Part shown: piece after piece, positions 10,111 to 19,388 of the stretch
Layout of the letters: each line of letters opens with the position of its first letter
Numbering within the stretch: the first letter of the stretch is position 1
Assembly (NCBI GenBank): GCA_018658715.1
Contig: JABHUQ010000111.1
Coordinates: forward strand, 6,280 to 70,279
Reading direction: 5' to 3'
Length of the DNA: 64,000 nucleotides
DNA from: Fidelibacterota bacterium
GTDB taxonomy: Bacteria > Fidelibacterota > Marinisomatia > Marinisomatales > UBA1611
Notes under the pieces: model-generated
The model's database searches: none
Told to the model about the DNA's origin: nothing
What the model saw: only the letters and a program-made list of their open reading frames with translations
Made by a program: the position numbers and the translations under genes

Positions 10111-10135
10111 TGAACTTTTTACTCGTGAGTTCGTA
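10111..10135 (+). promoter_or_regulatory. Candidate ECF-sigma promoter
   Basis: TGAAC-N16-CGTA (AAC/CGT consensus), 20 nt upstream of the small ORF at 10156. Confidence 0.5.
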
Positions 10136-10155
10136 TTAATACAAAGGAGTATAAT

Positions 10156-10281
10156 ATGGAATTCTTAAAAACACTGAAAAAAGTTGAAGTTGTGATTCTT
10201 GGTGAGAAGAAACCTATGGACCATTGGAAGAAATACAGGAAAGATCATTGGAAAAAATATCGTACGAAGAATAAGGTCTAA
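10156..10281 (+). CDS. Small basic 41-aa protein with a tandem DHWKKYR repeat
   Basis: Below the ORF-track cutoff. MEFLKTLKKVEVVILGEKKPMDHWKKYRKDHWKKYRTKNKV, with RBS AAAGGAG, an upstream promoter-like motif and a downstream hairpin. Confidence 0.7.
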   Translation: MEFLKTLKKVEVVILGEKKPMDHWKKYRKDHWKKYRTKNKV

Positions 10282-10291
10282 CTTTAGACAC

Positions 10292-10319
10292 ACCAAGCCT
10301 CACATCAGTGGGGCTTGGT
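10292..10319 (+). terminator. Stem-loop, probable intrinsic terminator, possibly bidirectional
   Basis: ACCAAGCCTCAC-ATCA-GTGGGGCTTGGT: 12-bp stem with one G-U pair, between convergent genes. The U-tract is weak. Confidence 0.6.
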
Positions 10320-10402
10320 TAATCTTATCTATATCTTAATAAGATTGAGATGATACGAAATTTATTAGCAATAAATCAAATATTGGGAAATCATACTTTT
10401 TT

Positions 10403-10849
10403 TCAAAATTTTTCTTCTTCATCCAAACCGTCAATATGAATTCCCAATTGGTTTTCAATGACTTGTAAGGAATCGACTTCACCAGACATGACCATTCCAT
10501 CAGCAAGTATAAGATTTTTAAGATGATCTTTTAGTGCCCCTTGAATTTGTTCTTGAGGGAGTGCAATCTTAATTTGGTCTAAAATTTGAATAAAGAATGA
10601 TTTTCTATCATTCCTATTAAGCTGATTTAGTTTTGTGTAGGCATCATTTATAAACTGGTCGGCTCTTTCTGAAGAATGCATGGGAAACATTTCTGCTAAT
10701 GCATTTGACCAAGCTTCCCTTTCTTCGTAAGCTGCTTCGTTATCTGATAACTGAATAATGGCAAATAAATGTGTAACCACTTCAACAGGTGACATGTCTT
10801 TTGGTTCTGTAAATGTTGGTTCTTTTTCTTTTCTGCTAAATAATCCCAT
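10403..10849 (-). CDS. TerB-like (tellurite-resistance fold) helical protein
   Basis: LSDNEAAYEER and LILADGMVMSGEVDSLQVIENQLG resemble the two ADG..EE repeats of TerB. Start reassigned to ATG 10849 (RBS AGGA). Confidence 0.65.
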   Translation of the reverse strand: MGLFSRKEKEPTFTEPKDMSPVEVVTHLFAIIQLSDNEAAYEEREAWSNALAEMFPMHSSERADQFINDAYTKLNQLNRNDRKSFFIQILDQIKIALPQEQIQGALKDHLKNLILADGMVMSGEVDSLQVIENQLGIHIDGLDEEEKF

Positions 10850-10911
10850 AATGAATTCCTTTGTTATTGATTGCCATTGCATTTCAATTCAATCCTATTG
10901 AAGTTAATCCT

Positions 10912-11295
10912 ATGGCGAACGAGAAATTATTTCAGCTAACCGAGGAAGATAAAGAAAAATATCGAAAATTGATTAATAGTATTGATTTAAAAACTCAAAA
11001 AATAATTATTAATATTGCTGTTCAGAAAATCAGAGAAATTGTAAAAAATAATATAAATGAAGTAGAAGCTCAGCTCGTCAAAGATATAATGCAACTAATT
11101 GGATTGATAGAAACTTTTCCAGGATTAACAGATCATATGAAACAAAGAATTATCTTTGCTTTAACATATTTTTGTGATGAGAATGATGAGATACCCGACT
11201 TTATTCCAGATATTGGGTATTTGGACGATGCGTCTGTTGCGCAGTGGATTGTAAATGGTATTCTTCTTGAATTGCCACCACCTACTAAGGCTTAA
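10912..11295 (+). CDS. YkvA/DUF1232 family protein
   Basis: FALTYFCDENDEIPDFIPDIGYLDDA signature; probable start ATG 10912. Confidence 0.85.
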   Translation: MANEKLFQLTEEDKEKYRKLINSIDLKTQKIIINIAVQKIREIVKNNINEVEAQLVKDIMQLIGLIETFPGLTDHMKQRIIFALTYFCDENDEIPDFIPDIGYLDDASVAQWIVNGILLELPPPTKA

Positions 11296-11300
11296 GAAAA

Positions 11301-11513
11301 CTAATCTGTAACTTTATTTTCAGGTAAATCTTCTTCTGAAAATTGCCATTGACATCGTCCACACCACCAAGGTTTCCCTAGGTAAGCTGGCTCATTATTT
11401 TGTAATTCTAAAGGTTGTTTACATTTAGGACAATCTTTTTCAGTCCCAGTCTCAGGCCATTTATAATCTTCGCGATATTTTAGCCCTTTTTCATGTGTAT
11501 GGTGATCTTGCAT
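11301..11513 (-). CDS. Small zinc-ribbon protein
   Basis: CPKC...WWCGRCQW; 70 aa. Confidence 0.7.
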   Translation of the reverse strand: MQDHHTHEKGLKYREDYKWPETGTEKDCPKCKQPLELQNNEPAYLGKPWWCGRCQWQFSEEDLPENKVTD

Positions 11514-11558
11514 AGGGAGAAATTACGGTGATTAGCAGTTGTGTGAAATTAAAGTTTT

Positions 11559-11984
11559 TTATATCGCATTTAAAATAAGCGTAATAACGATGAGAAATAA
11601 TCCTATGCCCGAAAAAGATTGTATTTTGAATTCTTTATGAAGTGATTCAGCTTGTGCTGCATAATGGTCATAAAAAAGAAATACATCTAGCGTATCATTC
11701 GGAATAACATAAACTCTTTTAACAGCTTCTGATAAATTTCCTTTTACAAATTTATTCGATATTTCTGGTGGTAAATACCCCACTTCATGAAATCCGGGTA
11801 ATACAGGGATAACATCTTCCAATGGATCTTTTCCAATATAAACACCATCGATATAAAGGGGAGCACCTAAACTATCAGTATGAATATATAAGAATCCAAA
11901 ATTTTCCATATCTGTTTTTGCTGATTGACCAAATGCAATTGAGCTTCCAAGAATCAAAAGGAATAAAAATAATATTTGTTTCAT
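11559..11984 (-). CDS. PEGA-domain exported protein with C-terminal membrane anchor
   Basis: Signal peptide MKQILFLFLL; GFLYIHTDSLGAPLYIDGVYIGKDP...VLPGFHEV; hydrophobic C-terminus. Start reassigned to ATG 11984. Confidence 0.75.
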   Translation of the reverse strand: MKQILFLFLLILGSSIAFGQSAKTDMENFGFLYIHTDSLGAPLYIDGVYIGKDPLEDVIPVLPGFHEVGYLPPEISNKFVKGNLSEAVKRVYVIPNDTLDVFLFYDHYAAQAESLHKEFKIQSFSGIGLFLIVITLILNAI

Positions 11985-12038
11985 AGTGCAAATTATTTTT
12001 ATCTCACATTGAAAGCAAATAAGTAAATTCAATATTAA

Positions 12039-13802
12039 ATGAAAAAACAATTACGACATTTATGGCTCATTTCCATCTTTTTCACGATATCATGTGCCTA
12101 TTTTAACACATTCTATAATGCTCAATCGTATTTTGATAAAGCAGAAGATCAGAGGCTCGAAAAATTAGGACAAAAATTGCCCAACTCTGTTTTGGATGCT
12201 TATGGCAAATCGATTAAACGGTGCCAGAAAGTGATTAATGATTATCCTGAGTCTCGATTTAGAATCCCAGCTATGATGCTTATGAGTAAAGCAAGATATT
12301 ATCGAAGTGAATACAAAAGTTCATTAGAACAACTTCAAGAGATTAAACAAAGCGATCGTGATGAATACGCGGAAGAAGTTGACTACTGGATAGCTTTATG
12401 CAAATGGAGGCTAGGTAAAGTTCAATTTGCATTAGATGCACTACATCAATTAAGTGAAATATCTAAATCAAGAGATCTAAAATCTCGATGTTTACTTTCT
12501 CGTGCAGATATTAACCTAGAATTATCACAAGATAGTGTTGCTCTCGAAGAGTTGGAAGCGGCAGCCGAATTAGCAAGGAATAATACCCAAAAGTCCCAGA
12601 TCTATACTCGTTTAGCAGATCTTGCATTTAAAAAAGGAGATTATGAAAAAGCTTTATCTGCTTTTAAAGGTGTTGTTAAAGCATCTCTATCTCGAACGAA
12701 AATTGAAAATTCTCATCTTCAAATATTAAAGATATATCGTATACAAGGGGATTATAAAACGGCTACCCGAAAAATTAAATCTATGTTGGCTGATGAGAAA
12801 TTTAAGAAAATTGCTGGTCAACTTGATTTGGAACTTGTTCAACTCTACATTGCGCAAGGGGAAATGGCACAGGCAGAGACACGGTTACAATCAATAGTTA
12901 ATGATTACCAAAGGTCTGCTGTATCAGCTGAAGCATATTATTTATTAGGTCAAATAATGATTGAATCCTATTGGGACTTAGAGAAAGCTGACGAATATTA
13001 TGGAAAAGTAGGGAAAGAATATAATAAAACACCATTTAAATTTTTGGCAAGTGAGAAACAAAAAGACATTCAATTATACACGACGACAAGAGAAAATATA
13101 ATCATTTGGGTAGATGAACAGTCCAACCCAGATACGCTTAATACTTTGAATGATACAACTGAAGTAGAACCAAAATTATTATCAGATTTTGATCCTGCAG
13201 AAGCTTACTATTTACTCGCTGATTTAGAAGCATTCAAATTCAATCGATTAGATTCAAGCTTAATAATAATGGATAAAATCCAGACGGATTTTACAGAATC
13301 AGCATTTTATCCGAAGTCACTCTTTACATCAATCTTTATTCATAATCAATTAGGTGATTCGTCAAAGAGCCAAATTGCAAAGAATAATTTAGTACTTCAT
13401 TTTCCGAATTCTGAGTATGCCTATTTCTTATCAGAAAAAGTAAATACCAAAGAATTAGAACCCATTGAAATAAAATTTAAAAATGCAGAATCCTATATCT
13501 CCACAGATATGAGTCGAGCGTTATTATCATTTATTGAAATTACAAAAACTGATTCTTCAGACGAATTATCTGCTTCAGCAGGTTATTATTTAGGGCATCA
13601 TTATGATTGGATTAATGTAATCCCTGATAGCGCAGTTAAATATTATTCATGGGTTTCAAATCATCATTCAAATACTGATCAGGGCAAATCTGCATTAAAT
13701 CGATTAAATACTATTTTAAGTGTTTTAGCAGACACATTGGCTCAAGATATTTCTTTAACACCAGATTCCACAATTTTAGACACTATAAATATTGATCAAT
13801 AG
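12039..13802 (+). CDS. TPR-repeat lipoprotein (SprE/PorW-like by motif resemblance)
   Basis: Lipobox TISC followed by AYFNTFYNA; many TPRs (VINDYPES, EAYYLLG, HFPNSEYA). Confidence 0.8.
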   Translation: MKKQLRHLWLISIFFTISCAYFNTFYNAQSYFDKAEDQRLEKLGQKLPNSVLDAYGKSIKRCQKVINDYPESRFRIPAMMLMSKARYYRSEYKSSLEQLQEIKQSDRDEYAEEVDYWIALCKWRLGKVQFALDALHQLSEISKSRDLKSRCLLSRADINLELSQDSVALEELEAAAELARNNTQKSQIYTRLADLAFKKGDYEKALSAFKGVVKASLSRTKIENSHLQILKIYRIQGDYKTATRKIKSMLADEKFKKIAGQLDLELVQLYIAQGEMAQAETRLQSIVNDYQRSAVSAEAYYLLGQIMIESYWDLEKADEYYGKVGKEYNKTPFKFLASEKQKDIQLYTTTRENIIIWVDEQSNPDTLNTLNDTTEVEPKLLSDFDPAEAYYLLADLEAFKFNRLDSSLIIMDKIQTDFTESAFYPKSLFTSIFIHNQLGDSSKSQIAKNNLVLHFPNSEYAYFLSEKVNTKELEPIEIKFKNAESYISTDMSRALLSFIEITKTDSSDELSASAGYYLGHHYDWINVIPDSAVKYYSWVSNHHSNTDQGKSALNRLNTILSVLADTLAQDISLTPDSTILDTINIDQ

Positions 13803-14868
13803 AATGAGACTAACACTCTTTTCTTTTTTGTATAAAATAATTCGAAAAATTTCAATTATGCTATATTCTTTTTGGTCGATGTTAATGGGGAAACCATTCG
13901 ATTTAGAAACTATCTCGGATTTTGGTAATCGCCAATTGTCTCATTTGGATTCTATGCCATTCGATCTATTTTATTCATTTTCAATTCCAAATGGAATTAT
14001 CACATCTTTTTTAAATTATGAATTTAAATCTCCCTTAATTGCGGCTTCATTCCAGCCTGATAAGAAAGCTCTTTCAAGATGGCTAAGATTTGGGCTCGGT
14101 GGAGTTACATTTAAAACTATGATGCTTGATCCCCAAACTGGCAATGAGAGACCACGCTTATCAGAAATAATGGTTAATGGTAAAAAATCGTTTATAAATG
14201 CAATGGGTTTGCCAGGTGAAGGAGTTCAGTCATTTGTAAACACCATTCTAGATGAAAATATTTTTCCTAGGGAAATACCATTAGGTTTAAGTATTGGAGG
14301 CGATAATAAAGAAGAATATGTACAGGTATTTCATGACATTAATCGGAAAATGAGTTCTATATATTCTCAATTATTTTATGAATTGAACATTAGTTGCCCA
14401 AATACAAATGATGGGAAAATGTTAAGTGAACATCCAGATGATTTATTATATGTTTTGTCAAAAATTCGAGAAGAGAGCCAGTGTCCTATAATCATAAAAT
14501 TATCGCCAGATCAAGACGAAATTGAAATACTTCGTATGATTGAAACAATTAAATCCGTTTCAGATATTGGAATTAATACAGGTAATACATCATATATGAG
14601 TAGAGAAAAAGCCGGATTAAATGAATACAACTTCAAGCCTGTTGGTGGTGGCGTGAGTGGACCTAGCCTTTTTCTCAAAGTATTAAATATGATTAAATTA
14701 CTTAAACCCTTTAAGTTGCCAATTATTGCAACAGGTGGTATTGATTCTGGGGAAAAAGCAAAAGCAGCTATCCATGAAGGGGCCACTCTAATTGGAATGG
14801 CGTCAGCTCTAGTAATTGATCCATATTGTATTCCTCGAATAAATCAATATTTGGGTATTCATAAATGA
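13792..14868 (+). CDS. pyrD: Dihydroorotate dehydrogenase
   Basis: GGVTFKT, NAMGL, ELNISCPN, IKLSPD, GNT, GGVSG, IIATGGI. Alternative start ATG 13804. Confidence 0.85.
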   Translation: MINRMRLTLFSFLYKIIRKISIMLYSFWSMLMGKPFDLETISDFGNRQLSHLDSMPFDLFYSFSIPNGIITSFLNYEFKSPLIAASFQPDKKALSRWLRFGLGGVTFKTMMLDPQTGNERPRLSEIMVNGKKSFINAMGLPGEGVQSFVNTILDENIFPREIPLGLSIGGDNKEEYVQVFHDINRKMSSIYSQLFYELNISCPNTNDGKMLSEHPDDLLYVLSKIREESQCPIIIKLSPDQDEIEILRMIETIKSVSDIGINTGNTSYMSREKAGLNEYNFKPVGGGVSGPSLFLKVLNMIKLLKPFKLPIIATGGIDSGEKAKAAIHEGATLIGMASALVIDPYCIPRINQYLGIHK

Positions 14869-15320
14869 TTACAGTCGTTTTATTAGACCCAAAGATACCA
14901 CCCAATACGGGAAGTACAGCTCGTTTATGTGGTGCCATGAATGTTAAACTAGATATTGTAGGAAATATTGGTTTTGAGTTAACGGATAGTCGATTGAAAA
15001 GGGCGGGGCTTGATTATTGGGATCATATAGAGTGGAAATATCATGCGGATAGAGATTCATATATTTCAGAATTAGTGAAAAAACGGTTCCATTTTTTAAG
15101 CACAAAATCAGATAAACCATATACAAAATGCGAATTTAAAGATGGAGATTATCTTGTTTTTGGGAGTGAAACAGCTGGGATAGAAGAATCATTGCTAAAA
15201 AAATATTGGGATAATACTTGTACAATTCCCATGATTAATCCAAATATCAGAAGTTTAAACTTAGCCACAAGTGTAGGAATTGTGTTGTATGAAGCCCTTA
15301 GGCAAACAGATGCATATTAA
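14865..15320 (+). CDS. trmL: tRNA (cytidine/uridine-34-2'-O)-methyltransferase TrmL
   Basis: PKIPPNTG, LKRAGLDYW, VFGSETAG, IPM...RSLNLATSV. Confidence 0.95.
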   Translation: MITVVLLDPKIPPNTGSTARLCGAMNVKLDIVGNIGFELTDSRLKRAGLDYWDHIEWKYHADRDSYISELVKKRFHFLSTKSDKPYTKCEFKDGDYLVFGSETAGIEESLLKKYWDNTCTIPMINPNIRSLNLATSVGIVLYEALRQTDAY

Positions 15321-15777
15321 AGGATCAGTATATTTATTAATTTTATTGTTTGGTGGATGTGCTAGTTCTCCGCGGTATGGTGCGTCATCTACATCTGTAC
15401 CAAAACTTAGTAAACCAGGAAAATCAAAGAAGCCCATTCGCCATCAAAAAATAATGACAGGTATTAGTTCATTCTATGCAGAAGATTTCCATGGAAAATT
15501 GACAGCTAATGGAGAAGTCTATGATATGTATGGTGTAACAGCAGCTCATAAAACACTTCCATTGAACACCATTGCTCGTGTAACAAACCTTGATAATGAT
15601 AAATCACTAATCCTTAGAATCAATGATCGTGGCCCCTATGTTAAAGGAAGAATATTGGATTGCTCATATGGTGCAGCAAAGAAACTAGGATTCTTGAATA
15701 AAGGGACTACACGTGTTAAAATCGAAGTCATAGAGTGGGGAGATAATAAGTATATGAAACATAGAAGTAAGCCATAA
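15310..15777 (+). CDS. rlpA: Septal ring lytic transglycosylase RlpA family lipoprotein
   Basis: Lipobox FGGC; SFYAEDFHGKLTANGE, TAAHKTLP, RINDRGPY double-psi barrel. No SPOR domain. Probable start 15310. Confidence 0.92.
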   Translation: MHIKGSVYLLILLFGGCASSPRYGASSTSVPKLSKPGKSKKPIRHQKIMTGISSFYAEDFHGKLTANGEVYDMYGVTAAHKTLPLNTIARVTNLDNDKSLILRINDRGPYVKGRILDCSYGAAKKLGFLNKGTTRVKIEVIEWGDNKYMKHRSKP

Positions 15778-16664
15778 TGAAAAAAATGTTTATGATAGTT
15801 AATCCTCATGGAGGATTAAAAAAGGGAATTGGAATTCTTGAAAAAGTTAGACCAATCTTTCAAAAAGCCCAGATTGAATTAACAATCCTTAAAACAGAAT
15901 ATGCAGGTCATTGTCGAGATTATGCTAAAGAAGTTGATTACACTGGTTATTCAGGCATATGTGCTATCGGCGGTGATGGGACCATGCATGAAGTAATCAA
16001 TGGTATGTTATGTAGGCCTGACAGGCGACAATTACCTATTGGGCTTGTAACTGGAGGTACGGGTAATTCGTTCATGCATGATTTAGATTGCTTGGACCCA
16101 GAAATAGCAGCAAAACGCATTGTGACAGAAAGAAAAAGAAGTATTGATGTTGCAAAAGTTGATGCAAATGGTGAAATAATTTATGGGTTCAATATTATTG
16201 GATGGGGAATGCCAACTGATATTAATGAGCTTTCAGAAAAAATGAGATGGCTCGGTGGACAGCGGTACAATATTGCTTCTATTATTGAAGTATTTAAGTA
16301 TAAGCAACGTTTAGCAAAACTAATTATTGATGGAAATACCGTCGTTGGTGATTTTGGGTTCATTCTAGGGTGCAATACTATTCACACTGGGAAAGGAATG
16401 AAAATGGCTCCTTTAGCGCAGTTAGATGATGGATTAATAGATCTCATTATAGCTCGGAAAGCAGGAAGATTAAAACTTTTATCCGTATTCCCAAAATTGT
16501 TTGGAGGGACACACGTAGGTGATCCAATTGTGGACTATCGGCAAGTGAAAGAATTCTCAATAATTCCCCAAGAAGATAACATTTTAAATATTGATGGAGA
16601 AATGATTGGTAATACACCTATCCATGTAACTGTAATGCATAATGCGATCGAAGTTTTGGTGTGA
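15777..16664 (+). CDS. Diacylglycerol/sphingosine kinase family lipid kinase (YegS/DgkB-like)
   Basis: IVNPHGG, GGDGTMHEVING, GGTGNS, LDDGLID, NIDGE. Confidence 0.92.
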   Translation: MKKMFMIVNPHGGLKKGIGILEKVRPIFQKAQIELTILKTEYAGHCRDYAKEVDYTGYSGICAIGGDGTMHEVINGMLCRPDRRQLPIGLVTGGTGNSFMHDLDCLDPEIAAKRIVTERKRSIDVAKVDANGEIIYGFNIIGWGMPTDINELSEKMRWLGGQRYNIASIIEVFKYKQRLAKLIIDGNTVVGDFGFILGCNTIHTGKGMKMAPLAQLDDGLIDLIIARKAGRLKLLSVFPKLFGGTHVGDPIVDYRQVKEFSIIPQEDNILNIDGEMIGNTPIHVTVMHNAIEVLV

Positions 16665-16675
16665 TATCCATCACG
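16660..16675. promoter_or_regulatory. CRP/FNR-family-like box upstream of cdsA
   Basis: TGTGA-TATCCA-TCACG, 9/10 match to TGTGA-N6-TCACA; overlaps the stop codon of the kinase gene. Confidence 0.35.
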
Positions 16676-16717
16676 ATTCATTATTAATAAAGAATGTAAA
16701 ATAGGAGTCAATTTTTA

Positions 16718-17542
16718 ATGTCTGCTCAATCTTCTGACAGAATGTTTATTAATATTATCGGGATACCTAGCTGGATAGCAATCATCTGGCTTGGTGGATT
16801 TTATTATTTTAGTTTTATAGCTGTATGTGCGTTAATTGGTCTTGTTGAATTTTATAGCATGTCTGAGCTAAAGGGTGTAACTCCAAATCGTTATGTAGGG
16901 ATTACATTTTCTATTCTGATATTAGCTTACTATTGGTTTACTCCACAGGTGAGTGAAACTCTTTTTATTGGTTTCTTAATTATTGGAATTATGTGGCTTC
17001 TTATGGAAGAATTATATCGTGGATTACCAAACGCTGTAGGGAATATGTCCTATACATTTTTTGGTATTTTTTATAGTCCACTATTGCTTGGGACAGCAAT
17101 ACCTATTCGTCAATTTGATTCAATAAATAATATTTCCTTAACCTTCGCATTAATAGTTAGCGTTTGGGCTTGTGATTCTGCCGCATTTTTCTTTGGTACA
17201 AAATGGGGTAAAAAGAAAATATTCCCCAGAGTAAGCCCTAAAAAGTCATATATAGGATCCATTGCAGGTGTATTTGCTTCATTCTTAGTAATGACTATGT
17301 TTCAATATTTTGGATGGCTTGGGGCAATGTTTACTGGGTATGATATATTTATTTTTAGTATGATTACAGGTATTTTAGGTCAAGTGGGCGATTTCGCAGA
17401 ATCATTAATAAAACGTGATGTGGGCGTAAAAGATTCAGGAACAATTTTAAGAGGTCATGGAGGTGTGCTTGATCGATTTGATTCCTTGATATTCGCCATG
17501 CCTATTGCCTACCTTTACACCCACTTTTTAGAACTTATTTAA
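16718..17542 (+). CDS. cdsA: Phosphatidate cytidylyltransferase
   Basis: WACDSAAFFFG, SPKKS, GDFAESLIKRDVGVKDSG.ILRGHGGVLDRFDS. Confidence 0.96.
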   Translation: MSAQSSDRMFINIIGIPSWIAIIWLGGFYYFSFIAVCALIGLVEFYSMSELKGVTPNRYVGITFSILILAYYWFTPQVSETLFIGFLIIGIMWLLMEELYRGLPNAVGNMSYTFFGIFYSPLLLGTAIPIRQFDSINNISLTFALIVSVWACDSAAFFFGTKWGKKKIFPRVSPKKSYIGSIAGVFASFLVMTMFQYFGWLGAMFTGYDIFIFSMITGILGQVGDFAESLIKRDVGVKDSGTILRGHGGVLDRFDSLIFAMPIAYLYTHFLELI

Positions 17543-17561
17543 TCTTTTCAGACCACCGTAC

Positions 17562-19376
17562 ATGGAATTAAAATCAATTCTTGCCACAGATTGTGGGAGC
17601 ACTACAACAAAAGCAATCCTTATAGAAAAAATTGATGGTGAATTTCGTCTCAAAGTGAGAGGTGAAGCTCCAACTACCGTTGAAGCTCCTTTTGAAGATG
17701 TTACAAAAGGAGTCTTAAATGCGGTAATGGAAGTTGAAGAACTAGCAGGTCGTAAATTATTAGATGGTGACAATATTATGTCTCCTCAAAAAAATGGTTC
17801 CGGCGTTGACATCTATATCTCTACAAGTTCGGCTGGTGGTGGGCTCCAAATGATGGTGGCAGGCGTGGTTAAATCTATGACTGGCGAATCTGCAGAACGC
17901 GCTGCATTGGGTGCAGGGTCGATTGTTATGGATGTTATTGCATCAAATGATGGAAGATTACCACACGAAAAAATCAAACGTATACGCCAGTTACGACCTG
18001 ACATGATTCTACTGTCAGGAGGGATTGATGGCGGAACGGTGTCCCATGTTGTCGAATTGGCTGAAATATTAAGTGCAGCCAATCCTAAACCGCGGTTAGG
18101 GCAAAACTATAAGTTGCCCGTAATCTATGCTGGAAATATTAAAGCACAAGACCAAATACGTGACACACTTGGTGAATTAACTGATTTAGATATTGTTGAT
18201 AATATTAGACCCGTTCTAGAACGCGAAAACCTTGGACCATCACGCGATAAAGTACATGATTTATTTATGGAACATGTGATGGCTCAAGCTCCAGGTTATA
18301 AAAAATTAATGTCTTGGACAGATGCACCAATAATGCCAACGCCAGGCGCAGTTGGGTTTTTAATTGAAATGATTGCCAAAGAAGAAAATATTTCTGTTGT
18401 TGGGGTAGATATTGGCGGAGCAACTACTGATATATTTTCTGTTTTTTCAGGGAAATTTAATAGAACGGTAAGTGCCAATTTAGGGATGAGTTATTCTGTA
18501 TGTAATGTATTAGCAGAAGCTGGATTAGATAATGTATTGCGTTGGGTACCACTTGATATTGATCGAAAAGAATTAACAAATCGCATTGGCAATAAAATGA
18601 TTCGACCCACAACAGTCCCTCAGTCTCTAGAAGAATTAATTATTGAACAAGCCATTGCAAGGGAAGCATTGCGACTATCCTTTAAACAACATAAAGAATT
18701 TGCTGTTGAACTAAAAGGAGTTCAAACTGAAAGAACAATTTCAGATGCATTTGAGCAATCTGGATCCGGACAATCATTAGTTAATATGATGGATTTAGAT
18801 TTACTAGTAGGATCTGGAGGTGTATTATCTCATGCACCTCGTAGGTCACAATCAGCACGAATGCTTGTGGACGCGTTTCAACCTGAAGGAATTACTCAAT
18901 TAGCTGTTGATTCCATATTTATGATGCCGCAATTGGGTGTTTTAGCCAATATTGACAATAAGGAATTATCAGAAGAGGCTCTAAAGGCAGCTTTAGAAGT
19001 ATTTCATAAAGATTGTCTTATTCGTTTAGGTACATGTATTGCCCCTGTGGGAAAAACAAAACCTGGAACACTTGTTTTATCGGCTCATTTAGTATTTCAG
19101 GATAAATCCACACAAACGGTTGAATTGCACAATGGTGAATTAATAAAAATTGATGCACCTTATGAGCCTATTAAGGTAATATTAACACCAGCTAAAAAAA
19201 TGGATGTTGGATCAGGGGTTGGTGAACCAATTGAAACTGAAATATTCGGAGGCGTTACTGGACTTCTTTTTGATGGTCGCGGGCGACCGCTAGATGTTCC
19301 AATTGAAAAAGACAAGCGATTAGGCTTGCTTGAAAAATGGTCAAATGCAGTTGACGAATATCCGAAAAATAATTAG
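17562..19376 (+). CDS. GlmL/MutL-like (glutamate mutase L family) actin-fold ATPase
   Basis: Phosphate-1 ATDCGSTTTK, SSAGGGL, AALGAG, LLSGGIDGG, MPTPGAV, phosphate-2 VDIGGATTD, RTVSANLGM, adenosine motif GSGGVLSH. Confidence 0.88.
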   Translation: MELKSILATDCGSTTTKAILIEKIDGEFRLKVRGEAPTTVEAPFEDVTKGVLNAVMEVEELAGRKLLDGDNIMSPQKNGSGVDIYISTSSAGGGLQMMVAGVVKSMTGESAERAALGAGSIVMDVIASNDGRLPHEKIKRIRQLRPDMILLSGGIDGGTVSHVVELAEILSAANPKPRLGQNYKLPVIYAGNIKAQDQIRDTLGELTDLDIVDNIRPVLERENLGPSRDKVHDLFMEHVMAQAPGYKKLMSWTDAPIMPTPGAVGFLIEMIAKEENISVVGVDIGGATTDIFSVFSGKFNRTVSANLGMSYSVCNVLAEAGLDNVLRWVPLDIDRKELTNRIGNKMIRPTTVPQSLEELIIEQAIAREALRLSFKQHKEFAVELKGVQTERTISDAFEQSGSGQSLVNMMDLDLLVGSGGVLSHAPRRSQSARMLVDAFQPEGITQLAVDSIFMMPQLGVLANIDNKELSEEALKAALEVFHKDCLIRLGTCIAPVGKTKPGTLVLSAHLVFQDKSTQTVELHNGELIKIDAPYEPIKVILTPAKKMDVGSGVGEPIETEIFGGVTGLLFDGRGRPLDVPIEKDKRLGLLEKWSNAVDEYPKNN

Positions 19377-19388
19377 ATAAATAACATA

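Noticed and set aside
17562-19376. Reading 'MutL' as the DNA mismatch-repair protein, or as evidence of a glutamate mutase pathway
   Set aside because: The motifs are actin-fold (ASKHA), not GHKL, and no MutS/MutE (GlmS/GlmE) mutase subunits are in the window.
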